A stretch of DNA of 64,000 bases, taken from Flavobacterium sp. UBA5153 (lineage in GTDB: Bacteria > Bacteroidota > Bacteroidia > Flavobacteriales > Flavobacteriaceae). Where the stretch lies: NCBI RefSeq assembly GCF_002413745.1, contig NZ_DHXP01000073.1, one strand, 5' to 3'. Shown here one piece after another: positions 46,800 through 57,727 of the stretch (its first letter is position 1; each line of letters opens with the position of its first letter). The notes below the pieces were generated by a model, which saw only the letters and a program-made list of their open reading frames with translations, was not told the origin of the DNA and ran no database searches. The position numbers were made by a program, and so were the translations under genes.

Positions 46800-48473
46800 A
46801 TGGAATTAAATAAATACAGCAAAACCATAACGCAAGATGTAACCCAACCCGCGGCACAAGCAATGCTTTACGGGATAGGTTTGACTGAAGAAGATTTGAA
46901 AAAAGCGCAGGTAGGAATTGTGAGTATGGGCTATGAAGGCAATACTTGCAATATGCACTTGAACGATTTGGCAAAAGAGGTTAAAAAAGGAGTTTGGGAT
47001 GCAGATCTAGTCGGATTAATTTTTAATACTATTGGCGTAAGCGACGGAATTTCGAATGGAACCGAAGGAATGCGTTTTTCATTAGTTTCACGTGATGTCA
47101 TTGCTGATTCTATTGAAACAGTTATGGGAGCACAATGGTACGATGCTTTGATTGCAGTTCCAGGTTGTGATAAAAATATGCCAGGAGCTTTAATCGCAAT
47201 GGGAAGAGTAAATCGTCCTTCCATTATGGTTTATGGTGGAACAATTCACTCAGGAAGATGGAAAGGAGAGCACCTTAATATTGTTTCTGCTTTTGAAGCT
47301 TTAGGAAAAAAATTCAAAAATGCTATTTCTGATGAGGATTTTAAGGGAGTTATAAAAAATTCTTGTCCTGGACCAGGTGCTTGTGGCGGAATGTACACGG
47401 CAAATACAATGGCTTCTGCAATTGAAGCATTGGGAATGAGTTTGCCTTATAGTTCATCAAATCCTGCAGTGAGTAATGATAAATTACAAGAATGTGAAGA
47501 TGCTGGAAAAGCCATCCGAATATTATTGGAAAAAGATATTAAGCCAAAGGACATAATGACTCGCAAGGCTTTTGAAAATGCAATTACTATTGTAGCTGTT
47601 TTAGGAGGTTCCACCAATGCGGTAATGCATTTAATCGCAATGGCTCACTCCGTTGATATTGAAATTACGTTGGAAGATTTTCAGGCGATAAGTGATAGAA
47701 CACCTGTTTTAGCAGATTTAAAACCTAGCGGAAAATTTATGATGGAAGATTTACACGCTGTTGGAGGTGTTCCAGCTGTATTGAAATATTTATTGAAAGA
47801 AGGTTATATTCACGGAGAATGTTTAACTGTGACAGGAAAAACAATGGCCGAAAATTTAGCTAATGTTCCTGATTTGGATGAAGGACAAGAAGTTATTTTT
47901 GAAATTCAAAACGCATTGAAATCGACAGGAAACATTCAGATTTTATACGGAAATCTAGCTTCAGAAGGTTGCGTTGCCAAAATTAGCGGTAACGAAGGAG
48001 AATATTTTGAAGGAACCGCAGTAGTTTTCGAGAGTGAATTTACAGTTATACCGGGAATTCAAAGTGGACTGGTTAAACCTGGAGATGTCGTCGTCATTAG
48101 ATATTGTGGACCAAAAGGCGGACCAGGAATGCCAGAAATGTTAAAACCAACATCGGCCATTATGGGAGCTGGACTTGGAAGCAGTGTAGCTTTGATTACT
48201 GATGGTAGATTTTCAGGAGGTTCACACGGTTTCGTGGTAGGACACATCACACCAGAAGCCTACGATGGAGGTGGAATTGCTCTCGTTGAAAATGGAGATT
48301 TGATTACTATTGACGCTGTTAAAAACACCATCAATTTAAAAATTTCTGACGAGGAATTTGCCAAAAGAAAAGCAGCTTGGGTTCAACCAGCTTTGAAAGC
48401 AACAAAAGGAGTTTTACTAAAATATGCCAGGTCAGTTTCAAGTGCTTCAACAGGATGCGTAACCGATAAGTAA
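46800..48473 (+). CDS. ilvD: Dihydroxy-acid dehydratase
   Basis: PGCDKNMPG and TDGRFSGG motifs. 557 aa. Confidence 0.95.
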   Translation: MELNKYSKTITQDVTQPAAQAMLYGIGLTEEDLKKAQVGIVSMGYEGNTCNMHLNDLAKEVKKGVWDADLVGLIFNTIGVSDGISNGTEGMRFSLVSRDVIADSIETVMGAQWYDALIAVPGCDKNMPGALIAMGRVNRPSIMVYGGTIHSGRWKGEHLNIVSAFEALGKKFKNAISDEDFKGVIKNSCPGPGACGGMYTANTMASAIEALGMSLPYSSSNPAVSNDKLQECEDAGKAIRILLEKDIKPKDIMTRKAFENAITIVAVLGGSTNAVMHLIAMAHSVDIEITLEDFQAISDRTPVLADLKPSGKFMMEDLHAVGGVPAVLKYLLKEGYIHGECLTVTGKTMAENLANVPDLDEGQEVIFEIQNALKSTGNIQILYGNLASEGCVAKISGNEGEYFEGTAVVFESEFTVIPGIQSGLVKPGDVVVIRYCGPKGGPGMPEMLKPTSAIMGAGLGSSVALITDGRFSGGSHGFVVGHITPEAYDGGGIALVENGDLITIDAVKNTINLKISDEEFAKRKAAWVQPALKATKGVLLKYARSVSSASTGCVTDK

Positions 48474-48580
48474 AGTCCTCCCCAACCCCTCCGAAGGAGG
48501 GGCTTTAAAAGGAGAATAAAAAAATAGTAATATTATACCAGTCTCGGCTCCCTCTCCTTCGGAGAGGGTCGGGGAGAGGA
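48474..48580. repeat. GC-rich double-hairpin intercistronic element, copy 2
   Basis: CCCCTCC-GAA-GGAGGGG (48486-48502), an A-rich spacer, then CCCTCTCC-TTC-GGAGAGGG (48550-48568) followed by TCGGGGAGAGG. Confidence 0.8.
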
Positions 48581-48595
48581 AAAAAAATACAATCA

Positions 48596-50290
48596 ATGGA
48601 AAAAAATAAAATATCTGGTGCAGAAGCTGTTATTAGATGCTTGTTAGAAGAAGGAGTAGACTTGGTTTATGGTTATCCCGGTGGTGCCATAATGCCGGTT
48701 TATGACGAATTATATAAATTTAAAGAGCAATTGCATCACGTTTTGGTGCGTCACGAACAAGGTGCAACGCATGCTGCCCAAGGTTATGCCAGAGCAACCG
48801 GTAAAGTGGGTGTTGCCATTGCGACTTCGGGTCCAGGCGCAACAAATTTGGTGACTGGAATTGCCGATGCACAGATTGATTCCACTCCAATGGTTTGCAT
48901 CACGGGTCAAGTGGGAAAACATTTACTGGGTTCGGATGCTTTTCAGGAAACTGACATCATCGGAATTTCAACTCCTGTAACCAAATGGAATTATCAAATT
49001 ACCGAAGCTTCAGAAATTCCTGAAGTTATTGCCAAAGCTTTCTATATTGCAAAATCAGGTCGCCCAGGACCAGTATTGATTGATATTACAAAAAATGCCC
49101 AGTTCGAGGAATTCGAATTTAGTTATAAAAAATGTACTGGGATTAGAAGTTATAATCCAAAACCGGTTTTAAATCTTGAAAAAGTAAAAGAAGCCGCTGA
49201 TTTAATTAATAATGCCAAAAAACCATTCATCATCTTTGGACAAGGAATCATCCTTGGACAAGCCGAAGCCGAATTAAAAGCATTGGTTGAAAAATCAGGG
49301 ATTCCCGCCGCTTGGACTATTTTGGGACTTTCTGCATTACCAACGGATCATCCTTTGAATATGGGTATGTTAGGAATGCACGGTAATTATGGACCTAATG
49401 TTCTAACCAATGAATGTGATGTTCTGATTGCGTTTGGAATGCGTTTTGATGATCGTGTTACGGGAAATTTGGCAACATATGCCAAACAAGCCAAAGTAAT
49501 TCATTTCGAAATCGACCCTTCTGAAATCGATAAAAATGTAAAAACTACAGTGGCCGTTTTGGCAGATGTAAAAGAATCTTTGCAAGCATTGCTTCCTCTT
49601 ATCGAAAGCAAAACGCACGAATCTTGGCACAACGAATTCAAGGAAAAATATAAAATTGAATTAGAAGCTGTAATCAATGATGAACTAAAACCTAAGACGG
49701 AGGGAATTTCTATGGGAGAAACCATAGAAATGATCAATAAACATTCCAAAGGAGATGCAATAATCGTTTCTGATGTTGGTCAACATCAAATGTTCGCTTG
49801 TCGTTATTCTAAATTTAATTCCACAAAAAGTAATATTACTTCGGGAGGATTGGGAACAATGGGATTTGCATTACCTGCATCCATTGGCGCCAAAATGGGA
49901 ATGCCTGATCGCGAAGTGGTTGCCATTATAGGTGATGGTGGTTTTCAAATGAACATTCAGGAATTAGGGACTATTTTTCAAACTAAAGTTCCTGTGAAAA
50001 TTGTAGTGCTAAATAATGAATTTTTGGGAATGGTGCGTCAGTGGCAACAATTGTTTTTTGACAAAAGATACGCTTCCACCGAAATGACAAATCCTAATTT
50101 TGTGGCTATTGCCGAAGGATATCATATAAAATCAAAAAAAGTAACCAAAAGAGAAGATTTGGATGCAGCCGTTGCTGAAATGTTGGCTTCAAAACAATCT
50201 TATTTCCTAGAAGTAATGGTTGAAAAAGAAAATAATGTATTCCCAATGATTCCAGCAGGAGCTTCTGTTTCTGATGTTCGTTTAAGATAA
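48596..50290 (+). CDS. ilvB: Acetolactate synthase large subunit (biosynthetic type)
   Basis: TPP enzyme motifs (GYPGGAIMP, GDGGFQMN...LNN). 564 aa. Confidence 0.9.
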   Translation: MEKNKISGAEAVIRCLLEEGVDLVYGYPGGAIMPVYDELYKFKEQLHHVLVRHEQGATHAAQGYARATGKVGVAIATSGPGATNLVTGIADAQIDSTPMVCITGQVGKHLLGSDAFQETDIIGISTPVTKWNYQITEASEIPEVIAKAFYIAKSGRPGPVLIDITKNAQFEEFEFSYKKCTGIRSYNPKPVLNLEKVKEAADLINNAKKPFIIFGQGIILGQAEAELKALVEKSGIPAAWTILGLSALPTDHPLNMGMLGMHGNYGPNVLTNECDVLIAFGMRFDDRVTGNLATYAKQAKVIHFEIDPSEIDKNVKTTVAVLADVKESLQALLPLIESKTHESWHNEFKEKYKIELEAVINDELKPKTEGISMGETIEMINKHSKGDAIIVSDVGQHQMFACRYSKFNSTKSNITSGGLGTMGFALPASIGAKMGMPDREVVAIIGDGGFQMNIQELGTIFQTKVPVKIVVLNNEFLGMVRQWQQLFFDKRYASTEMTNPNFVAIAEGYHIKSKKVTKREDLDAAVAEMLASKQSYFLEVMVEKENNVFPMIPAGASVSDVRLR

Positions 50291-50293
50291 AAA

Positions 50294-50370
50294 GTTTAAA
50301 GTTTAAGGGTTGAAGTTGTTGGAACAGAAAAAATGAAATTAAAAATGTTGCTCAATTTGAAACTTTAAAC
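50294..50370. repeat. Word-like palindromic element (GTTTAAAGTTT...AAACTTTAAAC)
   Basis: 11-bp perfect arms with a 55-nt loop. It shares GTTTAAGG and AAGTTGTTGG with the element at 20268-20330. Confidence 0.75.
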
Positions 50371-50393
50371 AAAAAACTTTAAATAAAAAAAAT

Positions 50394-50918
50394 ATGGAAA
50401 ATAAAACATTCACCGTTTCTGTATATTCAGAAAACAACGTTGGTTTACTCAATAGAATATCCGGGATATTCTTGAAAAGGCATATCAATATCCTCAGTTT
50501 AAATGTGTCCGAATCAGAAATCGAAAATATTTCCCGATTCATCATTGTGGTAAACACCACCGAAAAATGGGTTCAAAATATTGTGGGTCAGATCGAAAAA
50601 CAGATAGAAGTTGTCAAAGCATTTTATCATGTTGATGAAGAAACTATTTTTCTCGAAAGTGCCATATTTAAAATTGAGTCCAGTTTATTATTTGACGAAA
50701 GACAAATACAAAATATCATAAAAGAAAGCCATTCGGAAATCGTAACGGTTTCAAGGGACTTTTTCGTAATTTCAAAATCAGGAAAACGTTCCGAAATAGA
50801 AGATTTATATAAAAAATTAAAGCCTTTCGGAATTATGCAGTTTGTACGTTCAGGAAGAATTTCCGTTTCCAAAGAAAAAATGGAAATATCAACATTATTA
50901 TTAGAAGAGTTAAAATAG
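50394..50918 (+). CDS. ilvN: Acetolactate synthase small (regulatory) subunit
   Basis: N-terminal ACT domain (FTVSVYSENNVGLLNRISGIF). 174 aa. Confidence 0.85.
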   Translation: MENKTFTVSVYSENNVGLLNRISGIFLKRHINILSLNVSESEIENISRFIIVVNTTEKWVQNIVGQIEKQIEVVKAFYHVDEETIFLESAIFKIESSLLFDERQIQNIIKESHSEIVTVSRDFFVISKSGKRSEIEDLYKKLKPFGIMQFVRSGRISVSKEKMEISTLLLEELK

Positions 50919-50978
50919 GAATTAGGCAAAAAGGCAAATAGCCAAAAAAATCATTAAATATTAAATAACAATTAGAAA

Positions 50979-52448
50979 ATGGCAAATTATTTCAATTCAT
51001 TACCACTTAGATTACAATTAGAACAATTAGGCGTTTGCGAATTTATGGATCAATCCGAATTTTCAAATGGAATAGATGCACTTAAAGGAAAAAAAGTTGT
51101 TATCGTAGGTTGCGGAGCTCAAGGTTTGAACCAAGGATTAAATATGAGAGATTCAGGTTTAGATATTTCTTATGCTTTACGTGCCGAAGCCATAGCGCAA
51201 AAAAGAGCTTCTTTTATGAATGCTGCAGATAATGGTTTCAAAGTGGGAACTTATGAAGAATTAATCCCAACAGCTGATTTGGTTTGCAACCTTACGCCAG
51301 ACAAACAGCATACTGCCGTAGTTACAGCTATTATGCCATTGATGAAAAAAGGTTCAACTTTGGCTTATTCTCATGGTTTCAATATCGTTGAAGAAGGGAT
51401 GCAAATCCGTAAAGATATTACGGTAATAATGTGTGCTCCAAAATGCCCAGGATCAGAAGTTCGCGAAGAATACAAAAGAGGTTTTGGTGTGCCAACTTTA
51501 ATTGCGGTTCACCCTGAAAACGATCCAAATGGAGAAGGTTTCGAACAAGCAAAAGCGTATGCAGTTGCTACTGGTGGTCATAAAGCAGGAGTTTTAAATT
51601 CTTCTTTTGTTGCCGAAGTAAAATCGGATTTAATGGGAGAACAAACTATTCTTTGCGGAATGTTGCAAACAGGTTCTATTTTATGCTTTGACAAAATGGT
51701 CGAAAAAGGAATCGAACCAGCTTATGCTTCAAAATTGATTCAATACGGTTGGGAAACTGTTACTGAAGCCTTGAAACACGGTGGAATTACCAATATGATG
51801 GATCGTTTGAACAATCCTTCAAAAATTCAAGCTTTTGAATTAGCCGAAGAATTAAAAGATATTATGCGTCCATTATTCCAAAAACACATGGATGATATTA
51901 TTTCTGGAGAATTTTCAAGAAATATGATGATTGACTGGGCAAATGACGATATCAATTTATTGACTTGGAGAGCTGCAACTGCTGAAACTAATTTCGAAAA
52001 AACAGCTCCAACAGCTGCTCATATTTCTGAACAAGAATATTTTGACAACGGAGTTTTGATGATTGCTATGGTAAAAGCCGGTGTTGAATTGGCTTTCGAA
52101 ACAATGACTCAAACAGGAATTATCGAAGAATCTGCGTATTATGAATCATTGCACGAATTGCCTTTGATTGCCAACACGGTTGCCCGTAAAAAATTGTACG
52201 AAATGAACAGAATCATTTCTGACACAGCTGAATACGGTTGCTATTTATTTGATCACGCCTGCAAACCTCTATTGACTGATTTTATGAAAACGGTTGATAC
52301 CAATGTTATCGGGAAACCATTTTCTAAATCGAATGGCGTTGATAATGCAGTTTTAATTGCAGTAAATAATGAAATTCGTCAACATCCAATAGAAGAAATA
52401 GGAGCGTGGTTGAGAGAATCAATGACGGCAATGAAAAAAATTGGATAA
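50979..52448 (+). CDS. ilvC: Ketol-acid reductoisomerase, class II (long form)
   Basis: [17 protein letters not shown] and a duplicated knotted C-domain. 489 aa. Confidence 0.95.
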   Translation: MANYFNSLPLRLQLEQLGVCEFMDQSEFSNGIDALKGKKVVIVGCGAQGLNQGLNMRDSGLDISYALRAEAIAQKRASFMNAADNGFKVGTYEELIPTADLVCNLTPDKQHTAVVTAIMPLMKKGSTLAYSHGFNIVEEGMQIRKDITVIMCAPKCPGSEVREEYKRGFGVPTLIAVHPENDPNGEGFEQAKAYAVATGGHKAGVLNSSFVAEVKSDLMGEQTILCGMLQTGSILCFDKMVEKGIEPAYASKLIQYGWETVTEALKHGGITNMMDRLNNPSKIQAFELAEELKDIMRPLFQKHMDDIISGEFSRNMMIDWANDDINLLTWRAATAETNFEKTAPTAAHISEQEYFDNGVLMIAMVKAGVELAFETMTQTGIIEESAYYESLHELPLIANTVARKKLYEMNRIISDTAEYGCYLFDHACKPLLTDFMKTVDTNVIGKPFSKSNGVDNAVLIAVNNEIRQHPIEEIGAWLRESMTAMKKIG

Positions 52449-52614
52449 TAAATACCACTCTAAGAGTGTTGGGATTGCGCAGTTTTTTATTTAATATTTT
52501 GAATTAGTACCCTAAATTATTAATAAAAAAAGGATATATTTATATTACATTCACTTAACTTCAGAACGAGATTGAAAGTTAAGTGAGGTAATCCCTAGTT
52601 ATTTAGAATTATGG

Positions 52615-52645
52615 GCGAGGTAGAAAATCTACTTCGCATTTTTTC
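52615..52645 (+). terminator. Intrinsic terminator about 165 nt downstream of ilvC
   Basis: GCGAGGTAG-AAAAT-CTACTTCGC (9-bp stem with 1 G-U pair) followed by ATTTTTTC. Confidence 0.65.
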
Positions 52646-52703
52646 AATAATAATATAATTATTTAATAGTATCGAAAAACCATTAATAATGAAGCAGTTT
52701 TTT

Positions 52704-52711
52704 TATTTTTG
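52704..52711 (+). promoter_or_regulatory. Candidate -7 box TATTTTTG for the PKS cluster
   Basis: Matches TAnnTTTG, 43 bp upstream of ATG 52754. Confidence 0.3.
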
Positions 52712-52753
52712 AAAAACACTTTTTGTGAAAAAAATTGCTAAATTAGCAAATCT

Positions 52754-53887
52754 ATGAAGACAAATGCTGATGTTATTATTATTGGGGGAGGTTTGGCAGG
52801 GCTTACAAGTGCCATTCATTTATCGAAATTAGGGTTGCAAGTAACCTTGATAGAAAAAAATGAATTCCCAAAACACAAAGTTTGTGGCGAATACATTTCA
52901 AATGAAGTTTTGCCATATCTAAAATGGCTAGACTTAAATATAGCTGAATTACATCCTTCAAACATTACAAAACTACAATTTTCAACTGGCAACGGAAAAA
53001 CAATTTATAGTAATTTACCGCTTGGCGGATTTGGCATTAGCCGATATGCTTTAGATGAATTTTTGTATAAAAAAGCAATAGCCAATGGTTGTAAAATCAT
53101 TCAGGAAACTATTGAAACTATTGTTTTTAAAGACAATCTATTTACTGTAACGACTTCAGATAATACCATTTTAAAAGCCGAAATTGTTATTGGCGCATTC
53201 GGAAAACGTTCTAATATTGATCAAAAACTTAATCGTGATTTCATTCAAAAAAAAGCCCCTTGGTTAGCTGTTAAAGCCCATTATTCAGGAGATTTTCCTG
53301 ATAATTTGGTTGGTTTGCATAATTTTAAAGGTGGTTATTGCGGTGTTTCAAAAGTAGAAAATGACAGAATCAATATTTGTTATCTAGCTGATTATGAAAC
53401 TTTCAAACGATACAAGAATATTGAGGATTATCAAAAGCAAGTGGTTTCCCAAAATCCACATTTAAAAGCAATTTTCGAAAATTACACCTTGCTTTTTGAA
53501 AAACCATTAACAATAAGTCAAATTTCTTTCGAGAAAAAAGAAGCAGTCGAAAACCACATTTTGATGATTGGAGATACTGCCGGATTGATTCATCCTTTGT
53601 GTGGCAACGGAATGGCAATAGCTATTCATAGTGCGAAAATTGTATCTGAATTAATCTACAACTATTATAATAATGAAATAAAATCCAGAACTGAATTAGA
53701 AAAAAAATACATTCGGGAAAGGAATGCTAATTTCAAAAAAAGACTAAGAACCGGAAGGTTTTTATCCAATCTTTTACAAAAGCAAAAACTATCAGTAGTA
53801 TTGATGTATATATTAGTTCTATTTCCATTTCTATTGCCAAAAATCATCAAAAAAACTCATGGAAAACCTATAATTTTAAAACTATAA
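52754..53887 (+). CDS. FAD-dependent oxidoreductase (geranylgeranyl reductase / flavin monooxygenase-like)
   Basis: DVIIIGGGLAGL dinucleotide-binding motif. MIGDTAGLIHPLCGNGM. Confidence 0.8.
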   Translation: MKTNADVIIIGGGLAGLTSAIHLSKLGLQVTLIEKNEFPKHKVCGEYISNEVLPYLKWLDLNIAELHPSNITKLQFSTGNGKTIYSNLPLGGFGISRYALDEFLYKKAIANGCKIIQETIETIVFKDNLFTVTTSDNTILKAEIVIGAFGKRSNIDQKLNRDFIQKKAPWLAVKAHYSGDFPDNLVGLHNFKGGYCGVSKVENDRINICYLADYETFKRYKNIEDYQKQVVSQNPHLKAIFENYTLLFEKPLTISQISFEKKEAVENHILMIGDTAGLIHPLCGNGMAIAIHSAKIVSELIYNYYNNEIKSRTELEKKYIRERNANFKKRLRTGRFLSNLLQKQKLSVVLMYILVLFPFLLPKIIKKTHGKPIILKL

Positions 53888-54601
53888 ATGTCTCTAAATA
53901 CTAAATCCAGAACCGACAAACCTGAAAGTATGGATGATTTTGCCATGGAAGGTGAAATCTTGCGTGATACGTTAGATAAAATTGCCAAAATCAATCAATT
54001 TTTAGGCGGAAATAAACTGACTTTACAAGGAGTTCAGTCTTTAATTGCCTACATTCCTCAATCTACAGAAATTACTATTGTAGACATAGGTTGTGGCAAT
54101 GGAGATATGTTAAGATTATTGGCAGATTATGGATTGAAAAACGATTTAAAATTTCAATTAATAGGAATTGATGCAAATAATTTTACCATCAACCACGCAC
54201 GAAAATTGTCGACAAATTACCCAAATATAAGTTACCAATGGGAAGATGTTTTTAATAAATCTTTTAGTGAGTTAAGATATGATATAGTATTGTGTACGTT
54301 AACATTACATCATTTTAAAGACAAAGAAATAATTCAATTAATAACTGTTTTTAACACGAATTCGAGAATAGGAATTGTAATAAATGATTTACAAAGAAAT
54401 GCAATAGCATACCGTTTATTTCAAGCCTTATGTTTTGTATTTCAATTGAATAAAATGGCTCGAGAAGATGGGTTAACATCCATTTTAAGAGGTTTTAAAA
54501 AAGAAGAATTGGTTCATTTTTCAGAAAAATTAAATTTCAAAAACTATAAAATCCAATGGAAATGGGCTTTCCGTTATCAATGGATAATTTCAAAACTATG
54601 A
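53888..54601 (+). CDS. Class I SAM-dependent methyltransferase
   Basis: Motif I VDIGCGNGD. Starts immediately after the upstream stop. Confidence 0.8.
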   Translation: MSLNTKSRTDKPESMDDFAMEGEILRDTLDKIAKINQFLGGNKLTLQGVQSLIAYIPQSTEITIVDIGCGNGDMLRLLADYGLKNDLKFQLIGIDANNFTINHARKLSTNYPNISYQWEDVFNKSFSELRYDIVLCTLTLHHFKDKEIIQLITVFNTNSRIGIVINDLQRNAIAYRLFQALCFVFQLNKMAREDGLTSILRGFKKEELVHFSEKLNFKNYKIQWKWAFRYQWIISKL

Positions 54602-55650
54602 GTGTAAAAATTAAAACCGTAACCAAACAGTTACCAAAATATTCCAGGGCAACAAATGAAATTATTCCATTTCTTGACGCTTGGTTAGTCGGACAAGACC
54701 AACGTTTTATCAAAAAAGTTAAGAAAATTTTCGAAGGTGCTGCCGTTGACAAAAGATATTCTATCATGGATCCCATCGAAGTTTTTACCAAAACATCTTT
54801 TGAAGAAAGAAATGATATTTATATTCGGGAGGTGGTTGATTTAGGAGAAAAAGTACTGGAAAAAGCGTTGCTAAAAGCGCAATGGAATCCTGAAGATTTA
54901 GATTACATCATCACGGTAAGTTGTACCGGAATTATGATTCCTTCATTGGATGCGTATTTGATCAATAAATTAAAATTACGTCAGGATATCGTGCGCCTTC
55001 CAGTAACTGAGATGGGCTGTGCGGCAGGTATATCAGGAATTATATATGCTAAAAACTTTCTTCAGGCCAATCCTGGAAAACGAGCTGCCGTAATTTCTGT
55101 CGAAAGCCCAACGGCAACGTTTCAACTAGATGATTTTTCGATGGCAAATATTGTCAGTGCTGCGATTTTTGGCGACGGAGCAGCTTGTGTTTTGCTTTCT
55201 TCTCATGAAGATGATGAAGGCCCAGAAATTCTAGCTGAAGAAATGTATCATTTTTATGATAATATTGATATGATGGGTTTCAAACTCACGAATTCAGGCT
55301 TACAAATGATTTTAGATATTGAAATTCCAGAAACTATTGCATCTCATTTTCCTGATATTATTCATCCGTTTTTGGCAAAAAATAACTTAAAAATTGATGA
55401 TATTGATCATTTGATTTTTCACCCCGGTGGAAAAAAAATTGTACAAACTGTCGAAAATTTGTTTTCTGATTTAGGAAAAAATATAGACGACACAAAAGAA
55501 GTTTTACGTTTGTATGGAAACATGTCGAGCGCTACTGTTTTGTATGTTTTAGAACGATTTATGGAGAATAGGCCTGAAAAAGGAACTAAAGGATTAATGT
55601 TGAGTTTTGGGCCCGGATTTTCGGCACAAAGAATTTTATTGCAATTTTAA
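54598..55650 (+). CDS. Type III polyketide synthase (chalcone/stilbene synthase superfamily)
   Basis: Cys-His-Asn triad contexts: TEMGCAAG, FHPGGKKI, YGNMSSATV. The start at 54598 has an ATGA overlap with the methyltransferase stop. Confidence 0.85.
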   Translation: MSVKIKTVTKQLPKYSRATNEIIPFLDAWLVGQDQRFIKKVKKIFEGAAVDKRYSIMDPIEVFTKTSFEERNDIYIREVVDLGEKVLEKALLKAQWNPEDLDYIITVSCTGIMIPSLDAYLINKLKLRQDIVRLPVTEMGCAAGISGIIYAKNFLQANPGKRAAVISVESPTATFQLDDFSMANIVSAAIFGDGAACVLLSSHEDDEGPEILAEEMYHFYDNIDMMGFKLTNSGLQMILDIEIPETIASHFPDIIHPFLAKNNLKIDDIDHLIFHPGGKKIVQTVENLFSDLGKNIDDTKEVLRLYGNMSSATVLYVLERFMENRPEKGTKGLMLSFGPGFSAQRILLQF

Positions 55651-55762
55651 ATTAGAACTAGAACACAAAACTATCTATTTAGAGTTCTGTTTAAACTTTT
55701 GTAAAAGATTGAACAATGTTTTAGAAAATAATTATAGAAAATATTTTGCCTTTGCATACAAA

Positions 55763-56197
55763 ATGAATAAAGAACAAATTATATCAAAATTGCCGTATTC
55801 AAAACCATTTTTGTTTGTAGATGAATTGCTGCAAATCAATGAAAATGGGGTAGAAGGAACCTATACTTTTAATGAAAACCTAGATTTTTATAAAGGACAT
55901 TTTAAGGATTTACCGGTTACACCAGGTGTTATTTTGACTGAAGTCATGGCACAAATTGGATTGGTTTGTTTGGGAATTTATTTATTGGATGATAAATTCG
56001 ATAAAAGTATTACAATTGCTTTAACTTCAACAGAAATTGAGTTTTTAAAACCTGTTTTTCCAAATGAAAAAGTAATCGTTATTTCAGAAAAAATATACTT
56101 TAGATTTGGTAAATTAAAATGCAAAGTCATTATGAAAAATGAAAATGGAGAAGAAGTTTGTATGGGAACAATTGCAGGAATGATAACTTCTATATAA
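55763..56197 (+). CDS. FabZ/FabA-like 3-hydroxyacyl-ACP dehydratase
   Basis: YKGHFKDLPVTPGVILTEVMAQ hot-dog active-site motif. ATG at 55763. Confidence 0.75.
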   Translation: MNKEQIISKLPYSKPFLFVDELLQINENGVEGTYTFNENLDFYKGHFKDLPVTPGVILTEVMAQIGLVCLGIYLLDDKFDKSITIALTSTEIEFLKPVFPNEKVIVISEKIYFRFGKLKCKVIMKNENGEEVCMGTIAGMITSI

Positions 56198-57469
56198 ATG
56201 ATTAAACGAGTAGTAATAACGGGTCTTGGTGTTGTTGCTCCAAATGGAGTGGGGCTTGATGCGTTTACAAACGCCATTAAAAACGGAATTTCAGGAATTA
56301 AACATGATCCTGAATTAGAAAGATTGCATTTCTCCTGCCAAATTGCAGGTAAGCCAAATATTTCAACTGAATTATCACTAAATTATTTCACTGAATTAGA
56401 ATTGAGAAACTTCAATTCATCAGGAATTTTATATGGTGTGATTGCAGGAATTGATGCTTGGAAAGACGCAGGATTGTCAATGGAAATTAATGAAGAACCA
56501 GATTGGGACAGTGGAACTATTTTTGGAACCGGAACTTCTGGAATAGATAAATTCAGGGAAAGTATTTATAAAATTGACGATTTACAAACCAGACGATTAG
56601 GAAGCACAGCCGTGGCACAAACCATGAATAGTGGTGTGAGTGCTTATTTAGGCGGAAAATTAGGATTGGGAAATCAAGTCACAACAAATTCTTCTGCATG
56701 TGTCACAGGCACCGAAAGTATTTTGATGGGATTTGAACGGATAAAATTAGGGCTTGCAAAACGCATTTTGGCAGGAAGCACAAGCGATTCCGGTCCTTAT
56801 ATTTGGGGCGGATTTGATGCAATGAAAGTATGCACTTTTAAGCATAACAAAACGCCAGAACAAGGCTCAAGACCAATGAGCGTAAGTGCTTCCGGATTTG
56901 CACCAGGAAGTGGAGCAGGAGCTTTAGTTTTGGAAGATTTAGAAACTGCTTTGGCTCGTGGTGCAAAAATTTATGCTGAAGTTCTTGGTGGAAACTTGAA
57001 TTCCGGTGGTCAACGGGGACAAGGAACAATGACGGCTCCAAATCCTGTAGCCGTACAAAAATGTATTAAAGATACATTAGAAAATGCCGGAATTCATCCA
57101 AATGAAATTGATGCCATCAACGGACATTTGACCGCCACATCAAAAGACAGTTTGGAAATTCGGAATTGGAGCGAAGCTTTGAATAGAAAAGGGATTGATT
57201 TCCCGTACATCAACTCATTGAAATCAATGGTTGGACATTGTTTGTCTGGCGCGGGAAGCATTGAAAGCGTGGCTTCTGTTTTGCAATTGCATCACGGATT
57301 TATTTTTCCTAATATCAATTGTGAAGATTTGCATCCCGAAATCACTGCTATTATTGATGCGACCCGGATTCCACAACAATTAATTGAAAAAGAATTGAAT
57401 ATTGTCGCAAAAGCCAGTTTTGGTTTTGGAGACGTGAATGGATGCGTAATTTTTAAGAAATACAAATAA
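56198..57469 (+). CDS. Beta-ketoacyl-ACP synthase (FabF/FabB-like KS)
   Basis: Cys-His-His contexts: NSSACVTG, INGHLTAT, SMVGHCLSGAG. Confidence 0.85.
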   Translation: MIKRVVITGLGVVAPNGVGLDAFTNAIKNGISGIKHDPELERLHFSCQIAGKPNISTELSLNYFTELELRNFNSSGILYGVIAGIDAWKDAGLSMEINEEPDWDSGTIFGTGTSGIDKFRESIYKIDDLQTRRLGSTAVAQTMNSGVSAYLGGKLGLGNQVTTNSSACVTGTESILMGFERIKLGLAKRILAGSTSDSGPYIWGGFDAMKVCTFKHNKTPEQGSRPMSVSASGFAPGSGAGALVLEDLETALARGAKIYAEVLGGNLNSGGQRGQGTMTAPNPVAVQKCIKDTLENAGIHPNEIDAINGHLTATSKDSLEIRNWSEALNRKGIDFPYINSLKSMVGHCLSGAGSIESVASVLQLHHGFIFPNINCEDLHPEITAIIDATRIPQQLIEKELNIVAKASFGFGDVNGCVIFKKYK

Positions 57470-57472
57470 AAT

Positions 57473-57727
57473 ATGAACAAACCGGAAATTATCGAAAAGT
57501 TAAAAATTATAGTTAAACCCTATATTAAAAACCAGGAAGCCTTCGACAATCTTACTGAAAGTACTGATTTCATCACTGATTTACAAATTAATTCGGCAAA
57601 TTTGGTCGACGTGATTTTAGATATTGAGGAAGAATATAATATTGTAATCGACAATCAATCGATGGAAAGAATGCTCGACGTGAAATCGGCGATGGAGATT
57701 ATTGAAACCAAATTATCCGAAAAGTGA
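57473..57727 (+). CDS. Acyl carrier protein
   Basis: 84 aa, acidic. DLQINSANLVDVILDIEEEY carries the phosphopantetheine Ser. Confidence 0.8.
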   Translation: MNKPEIIEKLKIIVKPYIKNQEAFDNLTESTDFITDLQINSANLVDVILDIEEEYNIVIDNQSMERMLDVKSAMEIIETKLSEK

